A DNA stretch of 64,000 bases from Burkholderiales bacterium (GCA_023701005.1 JAMPXW010000003.1:9148-73147), one strand, 5' to 3'. Positions 9,659 through 20,189 are shown, numbered from the stretch's first letter. Notes: generated by a model from the letters alone, not told the origin. Numbers and translations: made by a program.

Positions 9659-10057
9659 TTAGTATTTAGAAGTAAAAGGATTTCGGTCAGAAAGTCCTTT
9701 TAGCATCTTTTTCACACTAGCTGCGCCTCTTCGAAACATCGTTTGTTTGCGATCTTTACTTCTTCTTATTTCTTCATAAAGCCTCTCTTTCACTTCATCG
9801 ACGGCTTGATAAATGTCTTCTTTGTCAGATCCATAATAAAACTTCTCGCCATTTATACTTATCAAACAATCTGCATGGAAAACATCTCCACTTTTATGAT
9901 GTTTAGTACTTTTTCCAACTTCAAAATTAGCTTTTATTTCTCCCCCACTCGTTTCAATATCAGAAAGTAATTTTTCTAAATTTGTCACTTTCTTTAAAAC
10001 ATATTCTGTTAAAGCTTCTGTAAGTTCAAAATTTTTACCTTGTAAATTTATATTCAT
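9659..10057 (-). CDS. raiA: ribosome hibernation factor RaiA/HPF
   Basis: MNINLQGKNFELTEALTEYV..K, DIYQAVD. Confidence 0.88.
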   Translation of the reverse strand: MNINLQGKNFELTEALTEYVLKKVTNLEKLLSDIETSGGEIKANFEVGKSTKHHKSGDVFHADCLISINGEKFYYGSDKEDIYQAVDEVKERLYEEIRRSKDRKQTMFRRGAASVKKMLKGLSDRNPFTSKY

Positions 10058-10096
10058 ATTTTTATATTAAAACTTATAATGTTAATAATAATCAAA

Positions 10097-12052
10097 CTAA
10101 TATTTAATACTATGCACTAAGGCCTTGAGAACAATATCGAATTCTATCGTAGCGACTCCGATAACTTTATCTCCTCCGCCATAATAAATATACAGCAGTT
10201 TATCCCCGCCTTGACTCGACGAGGCAGGTTTTACTATCATACCACAAGGAAAAACGACATTATTCACAATTCCTATTTTTTCATATTCCTCTTTTGGTTC
10301 AAATATAGGGTCAGAGCTTCTAGCGAGGACAATAGCCGGATCTTTCAAATCTAATAACAAAAATCCTGTTCTATAAGTATTATGACTTTTAGAAACCCCA
10401 TGATATAAAAGAAGCCAGCCGTATTTTGTCTTAAGTGGTGGAGCAGAGATACCTACTTTTGCACTATCCCAAGTGTTTATTCGGGGTCCTGCTATTCTAA
10501 TACATTTTTTTACCATCTCATGTTTAAAATCTAAAGTAGAAAGATAATCTCCACAAATTTCATTACCGACACGATGAATTATAAAATATCCAAGTGGAAA
10601 CTTTTCAGGAAATATACAAGCATCCTTATCATCTATCCCCTGCGGAGTGATAAGAAAAGGTTTTTCCCAATTCCATTTATTTGAAATAAAATCTTGTTCA
10701 GTAATAGATGATATGGCTACTCTAGGTGGAGAGATACTATCATAAGCTGTATAACATAAATAAATATTCTTCCCTATTTTTGTAAGCCTAGGATCTTCAC
10801 AGCCAGAATTAGAATTATTTACTTTTTTATTTTCAAAATCTTCTCTAGGTACATAAACGGGCATTTTTAATCTCTTATCTATTTTTGTACCATTTTTTGT
10901 CATAGCATAGCCCATAGTAGAAGTATTATCATTAGACATTGCCCTATATAAAATATGTATCTTCTTGTCCAACAAGATAGTGGCTGGATTAAAAGTAGCT
11001 AAAGATTCCCAAGCATTTTCTTTTTTAGGTGAAATAATTGGATTATTTTTAAATCTTTTCAAACTAAATTTCTCTTTATATTTAAAATGTATACTTTGAA
11101 TTAAGTCTTCGAGATTAACTTTCGCCAAACATACAGTAGCATCTGCTGCTCCATAATATAAATTTAAGGTTTTTTTATCGATGATAGCTCCAGTAGGAAA
11201 AACAATATTAGGAACATAGCCAGAAAGTTCATAATGTTCTAAAGGTACAAGTATCGGGCCTTCAGTCTTGCCAACAATCTTTCTAGGATTCTTCAAATCC
11301 AAAATTACTGTCTCAATACCAAATATTTTATCTAAATTACTAGAAGATGCAAAATAGTTCTGAATATGAGAATAAATAAATAGCCAACCATCTTTCGTCT
11401 TTATTGGAGGAGCACCCACTTCTATGTGGTCAGAAGGAAAACGCTTCAAATCGATAGCATAATCATCTACATTCTTTTCCCACTTATTCCAAAATTCTAC
11501 AGACCATAAATCTTCTATCCTATCTAACATCGCGAAGACAGTTTTTGATGGTGGAGAATCCGTATGATAAGAAAATACAACTACAATTTTCCCATTTATT
11601 CTCTCTGGGAAAAGGGCCATAGCTTTGGCATTAAAAGGTGTCACCAAATGTCTCTCTTTTATTTTGTTTAAATCATCTGAAACAGCTACCGCAACCTTGA
11701 TACCCTCTCTTGAAAAAGGATATTTTGAAAGTGCAGTATAAAAAGTATAAAATTTGCCTTCAAAAAATGTAACTCTAGGGTCTTCACAGCCAAATTTTTC
11801 CCAATCTTCTTTTGGTGTGATAAATGGTTTTCTATTTTTAAAGTTAATACCATCTTTACTCTCAGCGATCCCTATCACAGAATTTTGTCTAGGATTTTGC
11901 AAGACATCAACTGCAGATATCGCTCTGTAAAGTCCATATATTTTACCCTTATATTTAATTGGACAAAGATTAAAAGTAGCAAATTCTTCCCAGTAATGAT
12001 CTTCCTTTGGTATTAAGATTGGATTGTGTTCTGATCTTTTTACAACAAACAT
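10097..12052 (-). CDS. GH130-family glycosidase/phosphorylase, two tandem domains
   Basis: Two repeats of NPI..FN, CEDPR, VFP.G, YYG.AD/GD. Confidence 0.85.
   Translation of the reverse strand: MFVVKRSEHNPILIPKEDHYWEEFATFNLCPIKYKGKIYGLYRAISAVDVLQNPRQNSVIGIAESKDGINFKNRKPFITPKEDWEKFGCEDPRVTFFEGKFYTFYTALSKYPFSREGIKVAVAVSDDLNKIKERHLVTPFNAKAMALFPERINGKIVVVFSYHTDSPPSKTVFAMLDRIEDLWSVEFWNKWEKNVDDYAIDLKRFPSDHIEVGAPPIKTKDGWLFIYSHIQNYFASSSNLDKIFGIETVILDLKNPRKIVGKTEGPILVPLEHYELSGYVPNIVFPTGAIIDKKTLNLYYGAADATVCLAKVNLEDLIQSIHFKYKEKFSLKRFKNNPIISPKKENAWESLATFNPATILLDKKIHILYRAMSNDNTSTMGYAMTKNGTKIDKRLKMPVYVPREDFENKKVNNSNSGCEDPRLTKIGKNIYLCYTAYDSISPPRVAISSITEQDFISNKWNWEKPFLITPQGIDDKDACIFPEKFPLGYFIIHRVGNEICGDYLSTLDFKHEMVKKCIRIAGPRINTWDSAKVGISAPPLKTKYGWLLLYHGVSKSHNTYRTGFLLLDLKDPAIVLARSSDPIFEPKEEYEKIGIVNNVVFPCGMIVKPASSSQGGDKLLYIYYGGGDKVIGVATIEFDIVLKALVHSIKY
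10202..10232 (-). repeat. intragenic palindromic element family A, copy 2 (peptide PASSSQGGD)
   Basis: atccccgccttgactcgacgaggcaggtttt; differs from the gap copy by a 3-nt indel and one substitution. Confidence 0.85.
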
Positions 12053-12057
12053 AAATT

Positions 12058-13275
12058 TTATTCAAACTTAAATAATTTATTTTTTTCTAATTTTACAGAA
12101 TTATTTTTCACAATATCGTCCAATAAATCTGAAAGTTTAATAGAAGCGACACATACGACACTATCAGCCCCTCCATAATAAACAAAAAGTCTACCTTCTT
12201 TTACAACGGCACCACATGAATAAATAACACCTGATTTAAATCCTTCATTTTCATAATATTTATCTGGTTCTAAAATAGGACTTTGTGCACGATATAATAT
12301 TTTATTTGGATTTTTCAAATCTAAAATCATAGCACCTAGTTTATATCTATTTGGATCATTCTTATCCATAGCATGATACAAAACAAGCCATCCAAGATCA
12401 GTTTTTATTGGAGTAGGACCAACTCCTCTCACCCTATTGTCCCAAGAACTCTGCCAAGCTGGGGAAGAATTGTAATAACTTTTTATAAATTTTGAACCAT
12501 TAAACTCTGAAAAATCATCAATATAATCTATCAAAATTTCTGGAGAGATACTATGTAATATTGCAAATTTACCATTTATTTTTTCTGGAAATAAAACCCA
12601 GTTCTTATGAATTTCATTTGGAGGAGAAATCAAGATTGGTTTTTCCCAATTCCATTTTTTATTTTTAAAATCTTCTAATTTTATTGAAGTTAAGGCCATG
12701 CGCAAAGAACCCCATCCATCAAAAGCTGTATAAATAAGATAAACGGTATCGTCGATCAATGTAACTCGAGGATCTTCACAACCACCATTCCAACCACCAC
12801 CAGAAATATAATCTATAGGTTCAGTAGATTTTACAAATTTTACAGATTTTTGATAGATTGCATTTATTGGTCTTTCCATCAACCCATAACCATCCAAACT
12901 TGCTGCATATCCTAAGACAGACACATCATTGTCTCCAATAGCTCTGTATATAAGATGTATTTTTTGTCCATCAAAAAAAGCTGCTGGATTAAATGTGGCT
13001 TTTGATTCCCAAGAATACGGCCTTGGTTCTATTATTGGATTGTATTTAAATCTTTCGAGTTTTATTCCTTTTACAATCTTTGTTAATTTTTTAGAAATTT
13101 TTTTTATAACTTTCTTTTTTATTTTCTTTACAGGTTTTTTAACGATCTTTTTTGTTATTTTTTTTACTACTATTTTTTTACTTGTCGTTTTTTTTACAAC
13201 CTTTTTAATTGGTTTCTTCTTGGGGGCAACTTTTTTCTTTGGAATCTTCAATTTTTTCTTCAGTATCTTTACCAT
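12058..13275 (-). CDS. GH130-family glycosidase/phosphorylase with Lys-rich N-terminal extension
   Basis: FNPAA, CEDPR, KNW, YYGGAD; first ~70 aa are K/V/I repeats. Confidence 0.85.
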   Translation of the reverse strand: MVKILKKKLKIPKKKVAPKKKPIKKVVKKTTSKKIVVKKITKKIVKKPVKKIKKKVIKKISKKLTKIVKGIKLERFKYNPIIEPRPYSWESKATFNPAAFFDGQKIHLIYRAIGDNDVSVLGYAASLDGYGLMERPINAIYQKSVKFVKSTEPIDYISGGGWNGGCEDPRVTLIDDTVYLIYTAFDGWGSLRMALTSIKLEDFKNKKWNWEKPILISPPNEIHKNWVLFPEKINGKFAILHSISPEILIDYIDDFSEFNGSKFIKSYYNSSPAWQSSWDNRVRGVGPTPIKTDLGWLVLYHAMDKNDPNRYKLGAMILDLKNPNKILYRAQSPILEPDKYYENEGFKSGVIYSCGAVVKEGRLFVYYGGADSVVCVASIKLSDLLDDIVKNNSVKLEKNKLFKFE

Positions 13276-13290
13276 GTTATAGACATTATA

Positions 13291-13755
13291 CTACTTTTTT
13301 ATCTTCTTTGAATACTCCTTTAAAAGTTGCGAAGAGCTTCTTATTTTTCCACCCTTCCCAACATTAAAAACCATCTCTATACCTAATTTTTGACATATTT
13401 TATACTCTGCTTGAGGTAAATCATTGTCTTCCGGTTTTCTATCACCACCATTTGCAAATACGTGAGGTTTAATTTTTAATAACTCCTTACAAACACTAAT
13501 ATCCTTTGTATTTTTCTTATGACTAGATATCACAACTTCATCCACACATTCCAAAGCCTCTATGATCTCCCTGCGTTCATGGTGAGACATAAAAACAGGC
13601 TTACCTTTAACGTCAAACCAATTATCATTGTTTAAGATAACTATCAACTTATCTCCCAGTTTCTTTGCCTCCTGCATATAACGAATATGTCCAATATGCA
13701 AAGGATCAAACCCCCCACTAACTGCCACTATTTTTTGTTGTTTATTTTTTTTCAT
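13291..13755 (-). CDS. cytidylyltransferase/adenylyltransferase family protein
   Basis: SGGFDPLHIGH (HIGH), FANGGDR, SSS; start moved to MKKNK. Confidence 0.85.
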   Translation of the reverse strand: MKKNKQQKIVAVSGGFDPLHIGHIRYMQEAKKLGDKLIVILNNDNWFDVKGKPVFMSHHERREIIEALECVDEVVISSHKKNTKDISVCKELLKIKPHVFANGGDRKPEDNDLPQAEYKICQKLGIEMVFNVGKGGKIRSSSQLLKEYSKKIKK

Positions 13756-13759
13756 ATTT

Positions 13760-15466
13760 CTAATAAACTTCTTGTTGATAACATTTTTCACAATAAAGTA
13801 TTGGGGCATAATCCTCATTATAAACTGTCTCGACATCAATATTACATTTTCCACATTGTCTTTTAATAATTTTAAGCTTAGGACGTTTATTCATTCTTTT
13901 CCAATATCGAATATTAAAACAAACCCTAGGTAGTGGTAAGTCCATCTTGCGATAAAACTGTAATTCATTAGCGGTAATTCTAAAAGCTCCTGCAGATTCT
14001 AAATTATCTTTCTCCTCGCATTCTATCACTTCGTCAAGTATTGAATCATTAACCTCAGAAATAGTTTCTGGTAAGGTTCCCGACCTTAGTGTTATTTTAT
14101 AATTAATCTTTTCTTTATTTTTCCATTTATAATCCTTAAATAAAGCCTCTTCACGAGATAAAGCAAAATGATAATTAGCGATTGTCTCATTGTAAGCAAA
14201 ATCTGAAAATTCAACTGGAAAAAATTCACCAAAATAATATTTTATACCTCTCTTATCTACAAAAGGAACCTCCTTCATTTGCTTAATTATCTTTTCTTTT
14301 AGAATTTCATATTCTTCTTTTGAATATCTTTTATTTAAAATTGAATATTCTCCTTTTCTTAAACCAACACAACCAAAACAATTTCTAGCACCAGGGCAAG
14401 TATTACAATAATATAAATCAGTGGCTCCTGCCCAGCATTGATTACAAAAATATAATCTAGTTATATTTAAACCACAATTCACGGATTCATAAATTTGTTC
14501 AGCCTTATTTCCCCATTCATAATAATCCATACAATCTTCGGCCCCAAATACCATAAATAAATGTTTACCATCTTTTATTTCTATGCAATCGAAAGATTCT
14601 CGAACATTTTTACAATTTGAAAACCAATTACCAGAAACTTTTTCTGATTTTATGGTAGCCATACTTTTGATTGGAAACTTTTTTCGGAACACCTCAAAAT
14701 CTTTTTTCATTTTTTCTATTCCGGAATGTTTATTAAGGCTTAAATTTTTTAGTGTTTTAAAATATTCTTCTTTCGTATATTGTTTATTCCAAATACAATA
14801 CTGATTATTTACTAAATTTACACACGCGATACAATCTGAACAATTTCTACATGCATATAAAAAATAAGAATCTCGACAATCATTACTTTCCTGTCCAAAT
14901 TTTAGATTATAACAATTCTTAATATTTACACATTCATAACATATTTGTGAATCAAAAACCCATGAACAATCTATACAATTTTTAGAATATTTACCATTAT
15001 ATTCATACAAACAGTCTTCTGGATAAGTAGATCGAAATACCATAAAAGAATTCTTGGGACCAGTTACTCTATGAGTGTATGAGCTATTTATACTTTCCCC
15101 TTGTTTGACCAAAGACATTCTTGGTACTTTATTTTGAAGTTCAAAAAATTGCTCTAAAAATGGCCTCTCTTCATCAAAATCAATTCCATATTCATACGGG
15201 TCCCATTTGTCAGAATACCATTCATATGTTTCATACACAGGGAAAGATACATCAGATGGATACATACTAAAAATCTCTTTCCCAGTTAAATCACATTTCC
15301 TCTTATAAAGAACAACTTCGTTTGTCTGCGCAAATCTTCTCATCCTTCTACATCCTGGACAAAAAGTAGGTGGAGGAACTTTTATTTTCTCATAAAAATT
15401 AAAATCTTCTGGCTCTATAATAAAGTCTTGCTTGCAGTTTTGACAATTTCGAGTCTCTGTATTCAT
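13760..15466 (-). CDS. cysteine-rich hypothetical protein (family common in CPR genomes)
   Basis: CQNC, CPGC, repeated C-x2-C units, C-terminal YCEKCY..EVY. Confidence 0.75.
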   Translation of the reverse strand: MNTETRNCQNCKQDFIIEPEDFNFYEKIKVPPPTFCPGCRRMRRFAQTNEVVLYKRKCDLTGKEIFSMYPSDVSFPVYETYEWYSDKWDPYEYGIDFDEERPFLEQFFELQNKVPRMSLVKQGESINSSYTHRVTGPKNSFMVFRSTYPEDCLYEYNGKYSKNCIDCSWVFDSQICYECVNIKNCYNLKFGQESNDCRDSYFLYACRNCSDCIACVNLVNNQYCIWNKQYTKEEYFKTLKNLSLNKHSGIEKMKKDFEVFRKKFPIKSMATIKSEKVSGNWFSNCKNVRESFDCIEIKDGKHLFMVFGAEDCMDYYEWGNKAEQIYESVNCGLNITRLYFCNQCWAGATDLYYCNTCPGARNCFGCVGLRKGEYSILNKRYSKEEYEILKEKIIKQMKEVPFVDKRGIKYYFGEFFPVEFSDFAYNETIANYHFALSREEALFKDYKWKNKEKINYKITLRSGTLPETISEVNDSILDEVIECEEKDNLESAGAFRITANELQFYRKMDLPLPRVCFNIRYWKRMNKRPKLKIIKRQCGKCNIDVETVYNEDYAPILYCEKCYQQEVY

Positions 15467-15531
15467 GCTTAAATTATAAGCCTTTCATGAGATTAAAGCA
15501 AAAAATATAAATGTCTGTTATAATTTATTTT

Positions 15532-15981
15532 ATGTATATAATATATGCTTTGTTGGGTGCTATAATGGCTAGCCTTGGCACAATATTTGCCAAATTAGGA
15601 TTAAAAGGAGTAGACGCAAATATGCTCACAGCCATCCGTGGCATAGTGATGGCTCTCATAGTTTCTATCGCTGCACTATCATTAGGTAAATTGAATATAA
15701 CAGCCCTTTCTTCCCTTTCTGCAAAACAATGGATCTTTGTCATTTTGTCTGGATTGGGAGGAGCTTTGTCTTGGATTTTCTTTTATCAAGCACTATCTGT
15801 TGGCCCCACTGTCGCTGTGACAGTGATCGACAAATTGTCTATCACATTTACCGCTATTTTGGCTGTTGCCGTTTTGTCTGAAGGAATAACTTTACAAGCA
15901 AGTATTGGTTTAGCTTTCGTTGTATTAGGGACACTTCTCGTAGCTATCCCTTGGGAAAAAATTCAAAAACTTTTTTCCTAA
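15532..15981 (+). CDS. EamA/DMT family transporter (single domain)
   Basis: IFAKLGL, SWIFFYQAL, IDKLS; hydrophobic. Confidence 0.85.
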   Translation: MYIIYALLGAIMASLGTIFAKLGLKGVDANMLTAIRGIVMALIVSIAALSLGKLNITALSSLSAKQWIFVILSGLGGALSWIFFYQALSVGPTVAVTVIDKLSITFTAILAVAVLSEGITLQASIGLAFVVLGTLLVAIPWEKIQKLFS

Positions 15982-16017
15982 AAAGAAGATACTATAAATC
16001 AATTTCTATCATCTTAT

Positions 16018-16178
16018 ATCAAAAAAAAACATAAAGATAATTTTTAGAATGCCTTGCGCAGAAGCTTAGAAAATAAAAATAGTATTCTATTTATTATTTT
16101 CTTGAGCGGCGAGCAGTTCGCTAGCGAAGCTTCGCTAGATAGATTGCATTATAAAAATTGATCTTTATGTTTTTTGAT
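16018..16178. repeat. intergenic fold-back element with long inverted arms and two inner hairpins
   Basis: atcaaaaaaaaacataaagataatttttagaatgc / gcattataaaaattgatctttatgttttttgat arms; inner ctagcgaagcttcgctag. Confidence 0.75.
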
Positions 16179-16182
16179 TCTC

Positions 16183-16857
16183 TTATTTAATTAAGAAACT
16201 CATTGTGGAGACTAAACGTATCTTTTTATATTCAGGTGATCCTGGATCCTTTTCTGAAATATCAAACACTCCTTGATTACCACGATGTAAGCCACCCAAG
16301 CTAGACCCTGTTTCCCCAGCTATCTTTTGAGCAGTATCTTTTGCATTCTTGAGAGCTTCAGCCAACATTTCTGGCTTTATTGTATTTATGTCTGAAAATT
16401 CAAAAGAAACAGAATTTTGATTCATTACAATTCCATTCTTTATTAATACTAAAGTATCTTTTGAAACTGATTTTATCAAATCAACTTTTTTAGTATAAAC
16501 AGAAAGTTGGTTTGTAGAATTGTATCTAAACAATGCATCTTTGTAGGTATCTTGATATATATTTACTGGTGCGACATTTATTTCAGATTCTTCAAAACCT
16601 TTCTCTTTCAAGAAAGCTTTGATAGTAGCTATGTTTTTACCAATATCAGCATATAAAGAATCAACATTATTTGATTTAACTTCAAAATTGATTGACCAAA
16701 TAGCTGTATCAGCTTTTACTATTCTCTCAGACAAACCTTTGACCTCTACATAAGAACCTTGTTTTGAAAAGTTTTGTGCAGCAAGGAAAAATATTGCTGA
16801 AAAAACCAAAACACCTAAACCTATAACCCACACATTGTAATTTTTTGTATTTTCCAT
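16183..16857 (-). CDS. SIMPL (DUF541) domain protein
   Basis: N-terminal TM, VEVKGLSER.VKAD, KPEMLAEA..NA, K.IR.VST. Confidence 0.85.
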   Translation of the reverse strand: MENTKNYNVWVIGLGVLVFSAIFFLAAQNFSKQGSYVEVKGLSERIVKADTAIWSINFEVKSNNVDSLYADIGKNIATIKAFLKEKGFEESEINVAPVNIYQDTYKDALFRYNSTNQLSVYTKKVDLIKSVSKDTLVLIKNGIVMNQNSVSFEFSDINTIKPEMLAEALKNAKDTAQKIAGETGSSLGGLHRGNQGVFDISEKDPGSPEYKKIRLVSTMSFLIK

Positions 16858-16881
16858 AATTTATAAATTAAGCTAATAATA

Positions 16882-17325
16882 TTAATTTTTTTCTATATCT
16901 TTTTCTATTTCATCTAATCTTTTAGAAATCTCTTTCACTTCGTTCTTTATTTCTTTTAATGTACCGGTTTCTAATCTTACTTCTTCTTCTGTCTTTTCTG
17001 TCAATTTCTTTTCACCCTTAAGACCCGTCACTATCATTTCATTACCAATGAAACCAAAAACAAAAAGCCCTGTAGATAGAAGCAATATGCTTCCGATTAT
17101 TAATGAAAGTGGACCATCCCACCAAGGCAAAGCCCCCAAATCAACTGAGCCATTTACTTGATAAGAAAATATAACTTCTGTGAAGAAATCGGCTGTATGC
17201 CAAACTCCACGCCAAAATACGACTATTCCTATCCCACCAATAAAAGCATAAAGTATAGGATAGTGGCTCAATTTGCCTCTTATCTTATCTTCAAGTTTAT
17301 CAAAAAATCCATATATCGATCTCAT
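16882..17325 (-). CDS. hypothetical membrane protein
   Basis: Two TM segments, FWRGVWH, coiled-coil C-terminus. Confidence 0.7.
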   Translation of the reverse strand: MRSIYGFFDKLEDKIRGKLSHYPILYAFIGGIGIVVFWRGVWHTADFFTEVIFSYQVNGSVDLGALPWWDGPLSLIIGSILLLSTGLFVFGFIGNEMIVTGLKGEKKLTEKTEEEVRLETGTLKEIKNEVKEISKRLDEIEKDIEKN

Positions 17326-17332
17326 AAAAAAA

Positions 17333-17458
17333 TTATTTATGTTTCTTTTTTGCAGCCTTTTTAGCTAGTGTAAGCTTTTTGATTTCAAGTCTCTTTTTTG
17401 TTTTGCGAGAATGTCTTGATTTCTTTTTTGGGCCCAATGTTGTACTTCTTTTTGCCAT
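17333..17458 (-). CDS. 41-aa highly basic peptide (not in ORF track)
   Basis: MAKRSTTLGPKKKSRHSRKTKKRLEIKKLTLAKKAAKKKHK-stop, read manually. Confidence 0.55.
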   Translation of the reverse strand: MAKRSTTLGPKKKSRHSRKTKKRLEIKKLTLAKKAAKKKHK

Positions 17459-17554
17459 ATAATTATTATTCTTTTATTATTAATAAGTATCTATACTATA
17501 CACCAAATTTAACAAAAATAATAGCCCCGAAAATAAATCCGGGGCATTTTAAAA

Positions 17555-17719
17555 CTATACTTTTACATATTCATTAATAGTATTTTCTTTAGCATTAAAA
17601 TATAAATACGCTATTAAAAAATTATTTACCCACAACTGGCAACCATCCTTCATGCTATCTTGTTGTTCCCAACCTTTTTCTAATAATTCTTTTCGAGATA
17701 TTTTATCTCCTTTTTTCAT
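17555..17719 (-). CDS. 54-aa hypothetical protein (not in ORF track)
   Basis: MKKGDKISRKELLEKGWEQ..., AGAGGGA SD-like motif upstream, hairpin 17524-17545 downstream. Confidence 0.45.
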   Translation of the reverse strand: MKKGDKISRKELLEKGWEQQDSMKDGCQLWVNNFLIAYLYFNAKENTINEYVKV

Positions 17720-17754
17720 TATTCCCTCTTTATTTAGATTTGTTTAATAATTAA

Positions 17755-17994
17755 TTAATTCTGCACCTTTGAATAATGATTATACTCTTGTTTGTCGATA
17801 CTAAGACTACAAGAACATTCTCCTTTTTTTACTTTTACAAAAACAGAGTTTGTCAAAATAAGTTTATTATAAACAAAACAACCATCAGCTTTTTTCCCAC
17901 ATCTTGAAGAAGGAAAATTAAAAATCATTTCCTTTTGAGTAACCTCTGCAATAGTTGAAGTTATCATGGCGTTAACCTTTCTATTTATTGTCAA
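17755..17994 (-). CDS. hypothetical protein
   Basis: ORF only; start uncertain. Confidence 0.35.
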   Translation of the reverse strand: MTINRKVNAMITSTIAEVTQKEMIFNFPSSRCGKKADGCFVYNKLILTNSVFVKVKKGECSCSLSIDKQEYNHYSKVQN

Positions 17995-18085
17995 GGAAGT
18001 TAATTAATTAAACTAATTATACTCCTAAAAACAACAAGGCAAATAATGCCTTGTGGAGAACTTTTAAAATAAAAACTCAAATTAA

Positions 18086-18112
18086 AAAGCCGCCTTTAAT
18101 TAAAGGCGGCTT
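18086..18112 (-). terminator. intrinsic terminator
   Basis: aagccgccttta-at-taaaggcggctt with T-run on minus strand. Confidence 0.7.
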
Positions 18113-18118
18113 ATAATT

Positions 18119-18670
18119 TCACAAACTCTCTTTGTATTCTTTTGCTACCAATCTGTCCATTTCTTCCGAGGATAACTCCAGATTTTCTGGGTTAAGCATT
18201 AATGTTGCTCTCAACATATCCATTTCAAAATCAGGCTGAGAAAAATCTTTCTCATCTTCTTCGTGGAAGTTAATTGCGACATTATTTTCATCAAAAGGTA
18301 AAAATTGAGTATACATCTGATGAACTTGAAGAATATGCTGAGTTTTGTCATTCAATATTTCCTTAAATGCTTCGTCGGTTAAAATTAAATGACAATAAAC
18401 GTGGTCTTCTTTGATTATCTCAACTATATAAACAATCAAAAGATCAGTCTCAGATTCTTCTTGGATAGTAAACAATGTTTCAATGGTCTTGTTTGGAAAA
18501 GCAAACCAATTATTTCCAGAATTATGGCTTTGCTTGGACTCATATATAGTAAATATATTTTTTAATCCAAAACCAGAACCATCACGATATTCTGCAATAG
18601 TTAATGATGGTTTCATTTCCAAAAGTCCATTTAGACTTTGTGCGATAAGATTCTTAATACTTGCTTTCAT
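18119..18670 (-). CDS. hypothetical protein
   Basis: 183-aa ORF with upstream TTGACA/TATACT promoter-like signals and downstream terminator. Confidence 0.6.
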   Translation of the reverse strand: MKASIKNLIAQSLNGLLEMKPSLTIAEYRDGSGFGLKNIFTIYESKQSHNSGNNWFAFPNKTIETLFTIQEESETDLLIVYIVEIIKEDHVYCHLILTDEAFKEILNDKTQHILQVHQMYTQFLPFDENNVAINFHEEDEKDFSQPDFEMDMLRATLMLNPENLELSSEEMDRLVAKEYKESL

Positions 18671-18860
18671 TTTTTTGTTCCTTTTGTTGTTTTTTATTTT
18701 ATTGATTTATTACTATCTCCAACAAAAGGGACAAAAATAAACCAATAAAGTTAAAAACGGAACCTAATTTCAATGTTCTAAACTATATAAAGTATAGCAT
18801 ATTATAACATATTTGTCAATATCTTATAGACGAATTCAACAACTTTAATAAAAATTTTGA

Positions 18861-19025
18861 TTATTTATTCTTTTTTACTTCCCTCCTAAATAGAAAAATA
18901 CCAGCAACAAATAAAACAAAACCCAGTAGCTGTGCGCCTGGGCTATCATCGTATCCCCCGTATACAAACATAAATATTCCAAACAATACTGCCAATATGG
19001 AATATGTTATTTTAAATTTATTCAT
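18861..19025 (-). CDS. small two-TM membrane protein
   Basis: GGYDDSPGAQLLG between two hydrophobic segments. Confidence 0.6.
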   Translation of the reverse strand: MNKFKITYSILAVLFGIFMFVYGGYDDSPGAQLLGFVLFVAGIFLFRREVKKNK

Positions 19026-19038
19026 ATATAAATAAAAA

Positions 19039-19485
19039 TTATTTTTCGACAATTTCTTTCAACTTAGAAATAAAAGCTTTTTCCCAAAACTTCATTGAAT
19101 AAGAACCCAAAAGTGGCTTAGCTATAAACCTTAATAGCTTGTTGTGAATATCAACACCATAAAAGTAACCAATCTTCGTTCCTTCATTTGTCTCCTCCAT
19201 TAAAAATTCTTCATGTCCAGATATGCCCAATTTTGAATTCTCATTATCAGAAATATATCCCCTTCCAGGAATAATTTCTGTCTTCATTTTAACTGGGAAA
19301 ACCATACCGAAAGATTTTGCTTTTGCATCAATTTCTAATTTATTACCATCTTTTTTAGTAATGACTAATGACTCTGCAACAGTCGGAAAATTTTTAGGCA
19401 TATTTTCAAAATCACTGATAATTTCAAAAACTTTACCCATGGGGGCTTTTATAAACCAAGAACCTTTTAGATTAATATGTTTCAT
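19039..19485 (-). CDS. SRPBCC/polyketide cyclase-like protein
   Basis: IKAP..KVFE.ISDFEN.P..FP N-terminal signature. Confidence 0.75.
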   Translation of the reverse strand: MKHINLKGSWFIKAPMGKVFEIISDFENMPKNFPTVAESLVITKKDGNKLEIDAKAKSFGMVFPVKMKTEIIPGRGYISDNENSKLGISGHEEFLMEETNEGTKIGYFYGVDIHNKLLRFIAKPLLGSYSMKFWEKAFISKLKEIVEK

Positions 19486-19489
19486 TGTT

Positions 19490-20170
19490 TTACATTAATC
19501 TTCTACCCTTACGACTAATTGTAATTTCTGTTATTTCTACCTGTTTCGGCAATCTTAATAAATAAAAAACTATACCAGCTACATCTTTTGTATCCATCCA
19601 CTCTGTTGGATCTTCTATTTTCTTTCCATAATCTTTTTCATGCATTTGTGTGTTCATACCACCACAGTGGACATATATCATTCTACTTTTTGTTTTTGAT
19701 AACTCTAATCCAAGATTGTAAGAACCACCCCTTAATCCATATTTAGTTGAAGTGTATGCTAGTTGGTCAACAAATCCAGCTTTCAAATCTGCTGTCGTTC
19801 CTATATTTAATATATCAGCCTCATTTTTTACAATGTTATCAAACAGAGAAGACAAAAAATATAATGGTGCAATAGTATTAATTTTAAATGCTTTCTCAAA
19901 TTTAGAGTATGAGATTTCATTTATCTTTTCCATAGCTACGATAGCGGCACAATTTATAATTGCATCAAAATCATTATATTTTTCTTTTATTGCTTTAACA
20001 GTATTATCAATGTCTTCTTGCTTAGATAAATCACAAGCTATATTAATGACACCTGATACATTACTAGGCGTTCTACTTACATTAATTACTTCTATTTTTT
20101 CATCAATACACAAGCCAGCAATCGATTTGCCAAGTCCGTCACTAGCTCCTAAAATAATCACTTTTTTCAT
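19490..20170 (-). CDS. short-chain dehydrogenase/reductase
   Basis: GASDGLG, INCAA, YTSTK, GGMNT. Confidence 0.88.
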   Translation of the reverse strand: MKKVIILGASDGLGKSIAGLCIDEKIEVINVSRTPSNVSGVINIACDLSKQEDIDNTVKAIKEKYNDFDAIINCAAIVAMEKINEISYSKFEKAFKINTIAPLYFLSSLFDNIVKNEADILNIGTTADLKAGFVDQLAYTSTKYGLRGGSYNLGLELSKTKSRMIYVHCGGMNTQMHEKDYGKKIEDPTEWMDTKDVAGIVFYLLRLPKQVEITEITISRKGRRLM

Positions 20171-20189
20171 ATAATAAAATTATATCATA

